64,000 nucleotides of DNA from a bacterium (GTDB lineage: Bacteria > Hinthialibacterota > Hinthialibacteria > Hinthialibacterales > Hinthialibacteraceae), in contig CAXXMV010000008.1 of the NCBI GenBank assembly GCA_963662285.2, positions 256,001 through 320,000 of the forward strand. Reading direction: 5' to 3'. Position numbers and translations under genes: made by a program. Shown in pieces: positions 9,495-17,852 of the stretch (positions are counted from its first letter, which is position 1; every line of letters starts with the position of its first letter). The notes beneath the pieces are model-generated. The model was not told where the DNA came from and made no database searches. It worked only from the letters and a program-made list of their open reading frames with translations.

Positions 9495-10907
9495 ATGAAA
9501 GCTCGCATTCTGCTTGTTGAAGATGACCGTCGATACTCCTCCCTCATGGCTAAAAACCTGCAATTGGAGGATTACCAAGTCATGACCGCCTATTCGGGAG
9601 AAGAAGCGCTTGAGCAATTTGGCGGCGAGGCGTTTGATTTGATCCTCTCCGACATCAAAATGCCGGGCATCAGCGGCATTGAACTGCTCAACCGGCTCAA
9701 TGATATACGTTCGGGAGACGATCACGATACACCCGTCATGTTCCTGACTTCGGTTGATTCAGTTCGAGTGGCGGTAGACGCCATGAAAGCGGGCGCCGCC
9801 GATTACATCACCAAAGACGCTGACCGCGACGAAATCGTGCTGCGCATCGAAAAGGTCTTGCAAAGCGCCAAAGTTCACGCCGAAAACCGCAGCCTGCGCA
9901 AACAGATTCAAGCCATCGGTGAATTCGGGCAATTAATCGCCGTCAGCCCGGCCATGAAATCAATTCTGGATGAAGTCGAAGCCATTGCTGACGCGGGAAC
10001 CGGCATCCTGATCGAAGGAGAAACCGGGGTTGGCAAAGAGGTTATCGCCCGTTACATTCACAATTGCAGCCCACGCTCGGAAAAATCGTTTATAGACGTC
10101 AACTGCGCCGCCATTCCCTCTGACAACCTGTTTCAATCAGAAGTTTTCGGACACGAAAAAGGAGCTTTCACCGGGGCGACCGGACGCAAACGCGGCAAAC
10201 TGGAACTGGCCGACGATGGCACCCTGCTATTGGATGAGATCGGCGATATGCCCTTGGAAAGCCAGGGCAAGATTCTGCGCGCTCTAGAAACTCAGGAATT
10301 TGAACGCCTGGGCGGCAACATAAAAATCCGCGTTGATATTTCGGTAATCGCGGCGACCAACAAAGACCTGCGCTATGAGGTTGAAATGGGGCGCTTCCGG
10401 CAAGACCTTCTCTACCGCTTGGATATCATCCGCCTGCGCATTCCTCCTTTACGCGAACGGATCGAAGACATCAAGCCGCTGGCTCAACATTTTTTCGCTG
10501 AGTACGCCCGAAAATATAACCGACGCGCTCCTAAAATATCATCCCAGGCCGCTCAGTTGATGGAAGAATATCACTGGCCGGGCAATGTGCGCGAGTTAAA
10601 AAACCTTGCTGAACGCATCATCATCCGCCACCGTCAATGTGAAACTATTGACGACGCCCTGTTAAAACGTGAAGGCCTGGAAGTCGTGGGACGCCCCGTC
10701 AGTTCCCCACTGCACCCGCCTCAGACGGAACAACTCTCGCTCGAAGAGATCGAAAAACGCGCCATTATCTCAGCGCTCGAAAACGCCAACTGGGTGCAAA
10801 GCGAAGCCGCCCGGCTGCTGCAAATATCCCCCGACCGGATGCACTCCCGCATCAAAAAATACGGCCTGCATCACTCCTCATGGCGCACCCGTAAAAGCGA
10901 TAAATAA
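9495..10907 (+). CDS. Sigma54-dependent response regulator (NtrC/AtoC family)
   Basis: REC domain (VEDD, SDIKMP), AAA+ domain (GETGVGKE, GAFTGA, LLDEIG, WPGNVRELKN), Fis-type HTH. Confidence 0.93.
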   Translation: MKARILLVEDDRRYSSLMAKNLQLEDYQVMTAYSGEEALEQFGGEAFDLILSDIKMPGISGIELLNRLNDIRSGDDHDTPVMFLTSVDSVRVAVDAMKAGAADYITKDADRDEIVLRIEKVLQSAKVHAENRSLRKQIQAIGEFGQLIAVSPAMKSILDEVEAIADAGTGILIEGETGVGKEVIARYIHNCSPRSEKSFIDVNCAAIPSDNLFQSEVFGHEKGAFTGATGRKRGKLELADDGTLLLDEIGDMPLESQGKILRALETQEFERLGGNIKIRVDISVIAATNKDLRYEVEMGRFRQDLLYRLDIIRLRIPPLRERIEDIKPLAQHFFAEYARKYNRRAPKISSQAAQLMEEYHWPGNVRELKNLAERIIIRHRQCETIDDALLKREGLEVVGRPVSSPLHPPQTEQLSLEEIEKRAIISALENANWVQSEAARLLQISPDRMHSRIKKYGLHHSSWRTRKSDK

Positions 10908-10927
10908 GTATTCGGCTCATCTATTTT

Positions 10928-10970
10928 TGTCTGAATCTGGATACTCTGGATTCACCAGATATTCGGGATT
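10928..10970 (+). repeat. Single arm of a TGTCTGAATC-ended element with ~9-bp periodicity
   Basis: tgtctgaatctggatactctggattcaccagatattcgggat; the first 15 nt are identical to those at 40587. Confidence 0.6.
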
Positions 10971-11058
10971 TATTATATTTGGGCGATTGTAGGGGATGAA
11001 TCCTAAAACAATTCCCGCCGCATAAAATACAACCTACAAAACTATTCAATTACGTTCA

Positions 11059-11087
11059 TTGACGCAATTAAGCAAACATGATACAAA
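11059..11087 (+). promoter_or_regulatory. Putative sigma70 promoter (near-duplicate at 16601)
   Basis: TTGACG-N17-TACAAA with an extended -10 TG. Confidence 0.5.
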
Positions 11088-11337
11088 AGTATTAGAGTAT
11101 ACGAGGTTCGGCATTTCCTTGTATTTATATCATCTTTCAATTATTTATTTGGTGAAACTTAATGAAACGACTCTTGTTATGTGTTGTTATATTCGCTATG
11201 GCATTCGGAATGAATTGTTTTGCGCAAAATACTAATTTCAGACCTCCTGAGCTCACCCGTGGTTTGCGGTTCTCGCGGGATTTTGTTAGGATACTGGAGG
11301 GAAGGCCAATCCTGCAGAGTATGAGGGAGTTAAAAAA

Positions 11338-11802
11338 ATGCCGCAGACCTTATTACCTCTATTCGCATCAGGCGAAGGATTCATATCCGAGTTGATTTCC
11401 TATCAAAAAAAAGATGGATCGGTGTACTACTTTCATGCCGGATTACCGGTTTTCAGTCATGGGGAAACCGACCTGAAAAGTTTCCGCATGTTCACCAGCC
11501 AGTTGGCGGTCAGTGGAGTCTGCCGCCAAGTTGACATCGTTAGAGCCTTTGGCATCAGCGCCATCAGTATGAAGCGATGGGTCAAGAAATACCGCGAGGA
11601 AGGCCCGGAAGCATTCTTCAAAACTCCGCGCCGACGCAGCGAACATGTCCTGACGCCGGAGGTGTTGCAAAAAACCCAAGACCTCTTATCGCAGGGCGTG
11701 AGCCGTTCCGAAGCAGCGAAGCAAATGAATCTAAAATCGAATACCTTGTCGAAGGCGATCTGCGCAGGCCGCTTGACCGAACCGGTAAAAAAAAAGACCT
11801 GA
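11338..11802 (+). CDS. IS OrfA (HTH DNA-binding part of the transposase)
   Basis: HTH-like RQVDIVRAFGISAISMKRWVKKYR; ends at the A9G slippery run. Confidence 0.8.
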   Translation: MPQTLLPLFASGEGFISELISYQKKDGSVYYFHAGLPVFSHGETDLKSFRMFTSQLAVSGVCRQVDIVRAFGISAISMKRWVKKYREEGPEAFFKTPRRRSEHVLTPEVLQKTQDLLSQGVSRSEAAKQMNLKSNTLSKAICAGRLTEPVKKKT

Positions 11803-13526
11803 ACGGCAGCAACAAAAGCCAGCGCAGCGCGGCGGATCATGCCGCTCCCATGGGGATGGGATGTACGCGGGTCGTGGAGCGGGTCTGCGCGGCGACGGGG
11901 CAACTCAGCGAAGCGCCCACCCGTTTCGAGACCTCGCTGGACGTCTGCAATGGCGGCGTGCTTTGGGCGCTGCCGGCGTTATCGGCCAATGGATTGTTGA
12001 CCAAAACAGAAGCCTTGTTCTCCCTGCCCAAAGGTTATTATTCCTGCATTCATATTTTCCTGCTGTTAGCTTTCATGGCCTTGATCCGGATCAAGACCAA
12101 CGAACAGTTGCGCTATTTTCCGGCGGGAGAAGGGGGCAAATGGCTGGGATTGGATCGAATCCCCGAAGTGCGGACCTTGCGGGAAAAGATCAAAATCCTG
12201 GCGGCGCCCGAATCGGTCGCGCAATGGAGCCGCATCTTGTCACGGCATTGGATGGATAACAATCCAGAGGCGGCGGGAGTTCTGTATATCGATGGACACG
12301 TACGCGTCTATCACGGCTCGCAAACCCCGCTCCCCAAACGGTACGTGGCGCGCGACCGCTTGTGCATGCGGGGCACGACCGACTATTGGGTAAACGATCA
12401 GCAGGGCGATCCGTTCTTCGTGGTGAGCACGCCGTTCACCGCGGGATTGCTGGATATGTTGAAACGCGAGATCGCGCCGCAACTGCTGCAGGATGTTTCC
12501 AACCAGCCCAGCCCGCAACAACTCGAAGCGAATCCTTATTGCCATCGGTTTGTCATGATCTTTGACCGTGAGGGATACAGCCCAACCTTCTTCGCGGAGA
12601 TGCGGACGCTCCGCATCGCCTGCCAAACCTACAACAAGTATCCCAAAGAAGATTGGCCGGAAGCGGAATTCACCGAGGTCAATGTGGAGATGCCCGGCGG
12701 CCATTCATCCCGCATGAAATTGGCTGAACGAGGGGTGTTCCTGGGCCGGGTTTTGTGGGTGAGGGAAATCCGGAAACTCACAGAAAGCGGTCACCAAACC
12801 TCGGTGATCAGTACGGATTACGCCTCTGATTTCACCCGTATTGCGGCGCATATGTTCTCGCGATGGTCACAGGAAAACTTTTTCCGTTATATGATGCAAC
12901 ACTATGGAATTGATCGGCTTATCGACTACGATCTCGTCAAGCCGGATGATACCGTGAAAGTGGTCAATCCCGCCTATCGTTCTTTGGAAGGCCGGATAAA
13001 AAAACAAGCGGGACGATTGGGAAGAAAGAAGGCGGAGTTTGGAACTTTGGCGCTGACGGAATCCCAGGTGGAGGAGAAAGATATCTTATCCTTTGAACAA
13101 AAAAAGGGGGAAATCAAAGAAGATATCGAGCAGTTGGAGCATGAACTGGCCGGGATGAAGGAGGAACGTAAAACGGTTGACAAGCACTTGCCGCTTAATC
13201 AACTGCCGGAGCCGGAACGGTTTTTGCAACTCGCTCCGACGCGCAAACAATTTCTCGATGCGATTAAAATGATCGCCTATCGGGCGGAGACGGCCATGGC
13301 GATGATTGTGCGAACAAAATTGGCCCGAAGCGACGATGCCCGCTCATTGATTCGGGAAATATTTGCGACGGAAGCGGATCTCATTCCGGATGAGGAAAAC
13401 AAAACCTTAACGGTGCAGTTGCACCATTTGACCAACCACCTATCGGATCAAGCCGCCCGCAACTTAGCAGCGAATCTCAACGCCACAGAAACCATCTACC
13501 CCGGCACGGAATTGCGACTAATCTAA
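11787..13526 (+). CDS. IS OrfB (DDE catalytic part), probably joined to OrfA by -1 frameshift
   Basis: YIDGH, FDREG and RWSQENFF motifs plus a coiled coil; reading frame is -1 relative to OrfA. Confidence 0.8.
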   Translation, partial: KKKDLNGSNKSQRSAADHAAPMGMGCTRVVERVCAATGQLSEAPTRFETSLDVCNGGVLWALPALSANGLLTKTEALFSLPKGYYSCIHIFLLLAFMALIRIKTNEQLRYFPAGEGGKWLGLDRIPEVRTLREKIKILAAPESVAQWSRILSRHWMDNNPEAAGVLYIDGHVRVYHGSQTPLPKRYVARDRLCMRGTTDYWVNDQQGDPFFVVSTPFTAGLLDMLKREIAPQLLQDVSNQPSPQQLEANPYCHRFVMIFDREGYSPTFFAEMRTLRIACQTYNKYPKEDWPEAEFTEVNVEMPGGHSSRMKLAERGVFLGRVLWVREIRKLTESGHQTSVISTDYASDFTRIAAHMFSRWSQENFFRYMMQHYGIDRLIDYDLVKPDDTVKVVNPAYRSLEGRIKKQAGRLGRKKAEFGTLALTESQVEEKDILSFEQKKGEIKEDIEQLEHELAGMKEERKTVDKHLPLNQLPEPERFLQLAPTRKQFLDAIKMIAYRAETAMAMIVRTKLARSDDARSLIREIFATEADLIPDEENKTLTVQLHHLTNHLSDQAARNLAANLNATETIYPGTELRLI

Positions 13527-13645
13527 AAACTGGTATCGGATGAAATTCCACCAGATCAGGAGGTCTGAATTTAATAGATTTTTCCGGCGACAGCGCGAAA
13601 GCCAATGGCATTACGCTGATTGGCGCCGGGTTTGGTGCGTATACC

Positions 13646-15811
13646 ATGCCGGATGTTTCGTTTGGAGATATCCCGACAGATAACGCTTTTGACGGCGCTA
13701 CCGATGGCCGGGGCATAGTCATCACTGCTGATCCGGGCGAAGGCGTCATGGTACAAACTCCGCCGATATTATCTTCCAATTGCGCTCTTTTACGCTGCTC
13801 GGTGCGTTTGAACGCTCCTCATGCATCGCTCTATCTTGCATCGATTGACCAAGGCCAAAGTTCTTATGTTTCAACCATCACACCCAGTAATCCAGCGTCT
13901 TTTGTCAATCAGTATCAACGCATTGCTGATTTCTTTATCCCTCCATCTACCGGATTCCAGGGAATCTTTCAAGTTATCAATACCAGCGAAACTGACGTAT
14001 TGATGGCATATATTGATAACTTTGAAATAATTGAAATGGCGCCGGATCGGATTAATGTTTCACTTGACGATCTGGTTGGTTTTAAAAAACATATCCCTAC
14101 CAATACTCCACAGCAGACGCCTACTCCCCCGACAACACCGACGCCAACTGCTTATCAATCCAGTTTCACAGGCGAAACCGAAACCGTCCAACTCAATCTA
14201 CCCGAAAGCGCAACAGAACTGATCATGGTCAGAATCCCGGCTGGATCATTTACTATGGGATCGCCCGCTGATGAATTAGGGCGCAATAATGATTTTGAGT
14301 GGCTGCCTCATCAAGTCACGCTCACCAAGGATTTTTATATTGGAAAATATGAGATAACCAAAGCGCAATATAAAGCTGTAATGAAATCTAATCCAACATA
14401 TTTATCAAAATCTAACTATCCAGTTGATTCCATAGGTTGGTTTGATGCGGCGAGTTTCTGTAACGAACTTAGTAGACAAAAGGGATTAACTCCAGTTTAT
14501 AACAAATCAAATTGGAAGACGATTTGGTCGGCTGACGGATATCGGTTGCCTTCAGAGGCGGAGTGGGAATACGCCTGTCGGGCGGGAAGTCAGACCCGCT
14601 TCTTTTTCGGAGACGAATTGGAAATGGATGATTTAAAAGAAGAGTATAGTGGTATCGCCAATAAATATATGTGGTGGCAAGGAAATAATACCTCAAACGG
14701 AAATGAATACGGTCCCAAAGAAGTAGGATTAAAACTACCAAATCCCTGGGGCCTGCATGACATGCATGGCAATGTATGGGAATGGTGTAATGACTGGTGG
14801 AATTCTTGGACGGATGCGCCATTAAACCGAGATGCAATAGTTGATCCAGAAGGTATGCGAACAGGCAGCGACAGGCTAATCCGGGGCGGCGCCTATGGCA
14901 GTTCTGCTTACTTCAGCCGTTCGGCTAACCGCTTCAAGATGGGCCGTAATTACTATAGTACAGACGGGGGGATGCGTTTATGCCGCACGGTTTTCAAAAT
15001 TGCTCCGACGCCAACGCCGACATTAACACCGATTCCAACTCCAAATTTCACCGGAGAAACCGAAACTATCCCACTCGATATCCCTGAAGGCGCAAAAGAA
15101 CTGGTCATGGTCAAAATTCCGGTTGGAACTTTCACTATGGGATCGTCAAGCATAGAACAGGATGTCTACAACAGTGGAGCAACCCCGCACCTGGTTACTC
15201 TTACCAAGGAATTTTTCCTGAGTAAATATGAGGTAACCCAGGCGCAATGGCAAGCGGTGATGGGGAGTAATCCTTCAAATGGTTATGGGGTTGGAGATGA
15301 TTATCCAGTCTACAATGTATCCTGGCATGATTGCAAGACGTTTATTACTAAACTGAATACGCAAGGTTATGGGACATTCCGCCTGCCCACTGAGGCGGAA
15401 TGGGAACTAGCCTGCCGCGCTGGAACAGCCACAGAGTATTACTGGGGTGACAGCGATGAAGAAAGTCTAATGAAACAATATTGCTGGTACGACCAAAATG
15501 CTGACCAGGGATACTGGAGCAATCCCCACGCAAACCAAGAAGGAACACAGCCGGTAGGCTTAAAATCACCCAATGCGTTCGACTTATATGACATGAGCGG
15601 TAATGTGTGTGAATATTGCCAGGATTGGTTTAGTGCTTTACCTAGTATAAATCAGAAAAATCCTAAAGGCCCAAAAGAAGGCGCCTTCAAAGTTCTTCGC
15701 GGCGGCGGTTGGAGTTACCCTGCCAAGCACTGCCGTTCTGCGGCCCGTTTCAGGATCATACCTGAAGACATAAGCTACAGCAGGGGTTTACGTTTGTGCT
15801 GGACTCCGTAG
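13646..15811 (+). CDS. Remaining ORF of the FGE-sulfatase gene: N-terminal domain plus two FGE-like domains with PT linkers
   Basis: Two copies of F.MGS, RLP(S/T)EAEWE.ACRAG, N.(W/F).L.DM.GNV.E and RGG; the duplication is visible at DNA level (about 14165 vs 15047). Confidence 0.85.
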   Translation: MPDVSFGDIPTDNAFDGATDGRGIVITADPGEGVMVQTPPILSSNCALLRCSVRLNAPHASLYLASIDQGQSSYVSTITPSNPASFVNQYQRIADFFIPPSTGFQGIFQVINTSETDVLMAYIDNFEIIEMAPDRINVSLDDLVGFKKHIPTNTPQQTPTPPTTPTPTAYQSSFTGETETVQLNLPESATELIMVRIPAGSFTMGSPADELGRNNDFEWLPHQVTLTKDFYIGKYEITKAQYKAVMKSNPTYLSKSNYPVDSIGWFDAASFCNELSRQKGLTPVYNKSNWKTIWSADGYRLPSEAEWEYACRAGSQTRFFFGDELEMDDLKEEYSGIANKYMWWQGNNTSNGNEYGPKEVGLKLPNPWGLHDMHGNVWEWCNDWWNSWTDAPLNRDAIVDPEGMRTGSDRLIRGGAYGSSAYFSRSANRFKMGRNYYSTDGGMRLCRTVFKIAPTPTPTLTPIPTPNFTGETETIPLDIPEGAKELVMVKIPVGTFTMGSSSIEQDVYNSGATPHLVTLTKEFFLSKYEVTQAQWQAVMGSNPSNGYGVGDDYPVYNVSWHDCKTFITKLNTQGYGTFRLPTEAEWELACRAGTATEYYWGDSDEESLMKQYCWYDQNADQGYWSNPHANQEGTQPVGLKSPNAFDLYDMSGNVCEYCQDWFSALPSINQKNPKGPKEGAFKVLRGGGWSYPAKHCRSAARFRIIPEDISYSRGLRLCWTP

Positions 15812-16079
15812 CCATTTAGCATATTACTATTTATGCAGCCCAGACGCCAATGGCATTGTATTTTCCGCCTTTGATCGAGTCTACATCTTGTATTTCCTTT
15901 GCGTCAATTAGCACGATTGTCAAAAACATTTTCGTTTACAATCATTGTGGTCATCGAATCGCCCATCAGAATATTATTATGATACCTACTTTATCACGAC
16001 AAATTCGGGTTATAATGTATAAAGGTAGATAACCTTTCGGATTTAACTTCGCGCTATTAGATAAATAAGGATCAAATCA

Positions 16080-16295
16080 ATGAGAAACGAGTTTACTGCA
16101 ATTATCGAGCGGGATGAGGATTGGTTTATCGGCTACTGCCCCGAAATCCCTGGCGCCAACGGACAAGGACGGACAGCGGATGAATGTCGGCAAAATTTAT
16201 CTGAAGCCATTTCATTAATCCTTGAAGACCGCCGTCAGGACGCCCTTCGCGGAGCGCCGTTGGATGCCATACAAGATGTTGTAATCATCCAATGA
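16080..16295 (+). CDS. hicB: HicB-family antitoxin
   Basis: FTAIIERDEDWFIGYCPEIPGANGQGRT...NLSEAI. Confidence 0.88.
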   Translation: MRNEFTAIIERDEDWFIGYCPEIPGANGQGRTADECRQNLSEAISLILEDRRQDALRGAPLDAIQDVVIIQ

Positions 16296-16483
16296 AACGA
16301 TCTGTTCTGTTACGCCACCTGCGTAAGTTTGGCTGTTATTTAAAACGTGAAGGATCATCTCATTCTCTATGGAGTGGTCCGGATACAGGCCATATTGAAG
16401 CCATCCCACGTCATACGGAAATCCCCGAACAATTAGCTAAAAAAATCTGTAAAAATCTTATGGTTCCCTGGATAGGTAAATAA
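16292..16483 (+). CDS. hicA: HicA-family mRNA interferase toxin
   Basis: LRKFGC.LKREGSSH...IPRH.EI...LAKKIC; ATGA overlap with hicB. Confidence 0.88.
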   Translation: MKRSVLLRHLRKFGCYLKREGSSHSLWSGPDTGHIEAIPRHTEIPEQLAKKICKNLMVPWIGK

Positions 16484-16600
16484 TCTCCTGTTCAAAATTA
16501 CCAAATCCTCTTTCCCAAGAGAAGAGAGTTAGAATGAGAATTAAATTCAACACACAACCCATCAAAACAAGTTAAATGCATTACAATACAATTTTATTCA

Positions 16601-16629
16601 TTGACGCAATCAAACAACTGTGATATAAA
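16601..16629 (+). promoter_or_regulatory. Putative sigma70 promoter (near-duplicate of 11059)
   Basis: ttcaTTGACGcaat, N17 spacer, TGa TATAAA. Confidence 0.55.
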
Positions 16630-16635
16630 AATTAT

Positions 16636-17586
16636 ATAAAGAACAGAGAATCACAGAATCTCGAGTTCAAGCAATCATTTCAATACGGAGATAGTCTTTT
16701 AGGGTATGCTCGTACTCTTGCTGGAATGGCAAACAATCAAGGGGGCAAGATCATTTTCGGTGTACAAGACAGTCCTCATGTACCACTTGGTTTAATGAAT
16801 GATAAATTTCAAAAATTCGATCCAAGCCATTTGAATCAGGTCTTTCTTAATTACTTTTCTATAGATATAGATTGGTCTATGGATACGTTTGAGCAGTTCG
16901 AAAAAACCTTTGGAATTATCACAGTTAATGAGGCTGCTACTAAACCCATTATTTGTTCAAAAACACATAACAAAGCAAAACTGAGAGAGGGAGCAATATA
17001 TTTTCGATATCGCGGTGAAACGCGTGAAATACGATATCAAGAACTCAAGGATATACTGGATTGCGAGAAAGAAAAGGAAAAAAAACTTTGGATGAACCAC
17101 ATCCAATCAATTGCCATGATAGGCCCACAGGCCGTTCAGATTGTCGATGCCCAGCGCGGTGAAATGACTGTTGGAGAATCTAAAATTATCATTGATCGCG
17201 ATTTAATCAGCAAACTTAAAGTTGTCAAAGAAGGACATTTTGATGAAAAAGCGGATACTCCAGCACTCCGGTTAGTTGGAGAGATTAGCGGTCTTCTCAA
17301 CACCGACACCGCAATATACACAGAAGCGGCCTACCCGTATGTCCAGAGTTCCTTCACTGAGAAACTTGCAATCAATTCATACGAATTTCAAGCACTTGCT
17401 TGGAAATTCTCCCTCAAAGGTAATCCAAGATACCACGCAAAATTGAAGACCGGCTCCAAAAGCAGTACTAATAAATACTCTACCGAGTCATTAGCGCTTC
17501 TACGAGACGAGATTCGCAACGACCCCGATCTTGTAAATCGAGTCAAGACCAAATTTAGCAACTACAAACGAAACAATAATCAATAA
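16636..17586 (+). CDS. AlbA_2/Schlafen-like domain protein, 5' end uncertain or truncated
   Basis: The frame is open upstream of ATG 16726: IKNRESQNLEFKQSF...ARTLAGMANNQGGKIIFGVQD. In-frame TGA at 16621. Confidence 0.75.
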   Translation: MKNRESQNLEFKQSFQYGDSLLGYARTLAGMANNQGGKIIFGVQDSPHVPLGLMNDKFQKFDPSHLNQVFLNYFSIDIDWSMDTFEQFEKTFGIITVNEAATKPIICSKTHNKAKLREGAIYFRYRGETREIRYQELKDILDCEKEKEKKLWMNHIQSIAMIGPQAVQIVDAQRGEMTVGESKIIIDRDLISKLKVVKEGHFDEKADTPALRLVGEISGLLNTDTAIYTEAAYPYVQSSFTEKLAINSYEFQALAWKFSLKGNPRYHAKLKTGSKSSTNKYSTESLALLRDEIRNDPDLVNRVKTKFSNYKRNNNQ

Positions 17587-17740
17587 ATAATTAATCGCGT
17601 TACTAGCAAAAATATGTTTATTAGGTATAAAAGTAGCAAAACAAGACCTAAAGGGATACCAAACTCCATAATTGATCACACGAAGGGCTTTTCGTATTAC
17701 AGTCTTGATCTTAATGCTATCTCAGCTGAATAATCTCATT

Positions 17741-17777
17741 CCCCCTCACCCCGGCCCTCTTCCGGCGGGAGAGGGAG
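17741..17777. repeat. CCCCTCACCCC...GGGAGAGGG-type palindromic repeat
   Basis: ccccctcaccccggccctcttccggcgggagagggag; degenerate relative at about 16506-16539. Confidence 0.55.
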
Positions 17778-17790
17778 CAAGTGGATGCGT

Positions 17791-17823
17791 AAAATAGAAC
17801 AGGCGCGGATTGCTCCGCGCCTG
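17791..17823 (-). terminator. Rho-independent terminator
   Basis: caggcgcgga-ttgc-tccgcgcctg with a T-rich tail on the minus strand. Confidence 0.7.
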
Positions 17824-17852
17824 AGTGTTTTTCGTCTGAGTTGAATGAGTGA

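Larger units (their letters stand above)
11239..13567 (+). mobile_element. Insertion sequence, 2329 bp, DDE transposase, family not assigned
   Basis: Terminal IRs CAGACCTCCTGA(G/T)CT; 5-bp target duplication AATTT at 11234-11238 and 13568-13572. Confidence 0.93.
11162..15811 (+). pseudogene. Secreted tandem FGE-sulfatase (SUMF1/CLec-fold) domain gene interrupted by an IS
   Basis: Removing 11239-13572 fuses MKRLLLCVVIFAMAFGMNCFAQNTN in frame to LIDFSGDSAKANG...YTMPDVSFG. Confidence 0.85.

Noticed and set aside
11577-11786. ORF-track start of the 649-aa transposase
   Set aside because: It overlaps OrfA in another frame and is better explained by frameshifting at the A9G run.
13646-17586. Complete DGR cassette
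   Set aside because: No reverse transcriptase, Avd or AAC-rich template repeat found in the window.
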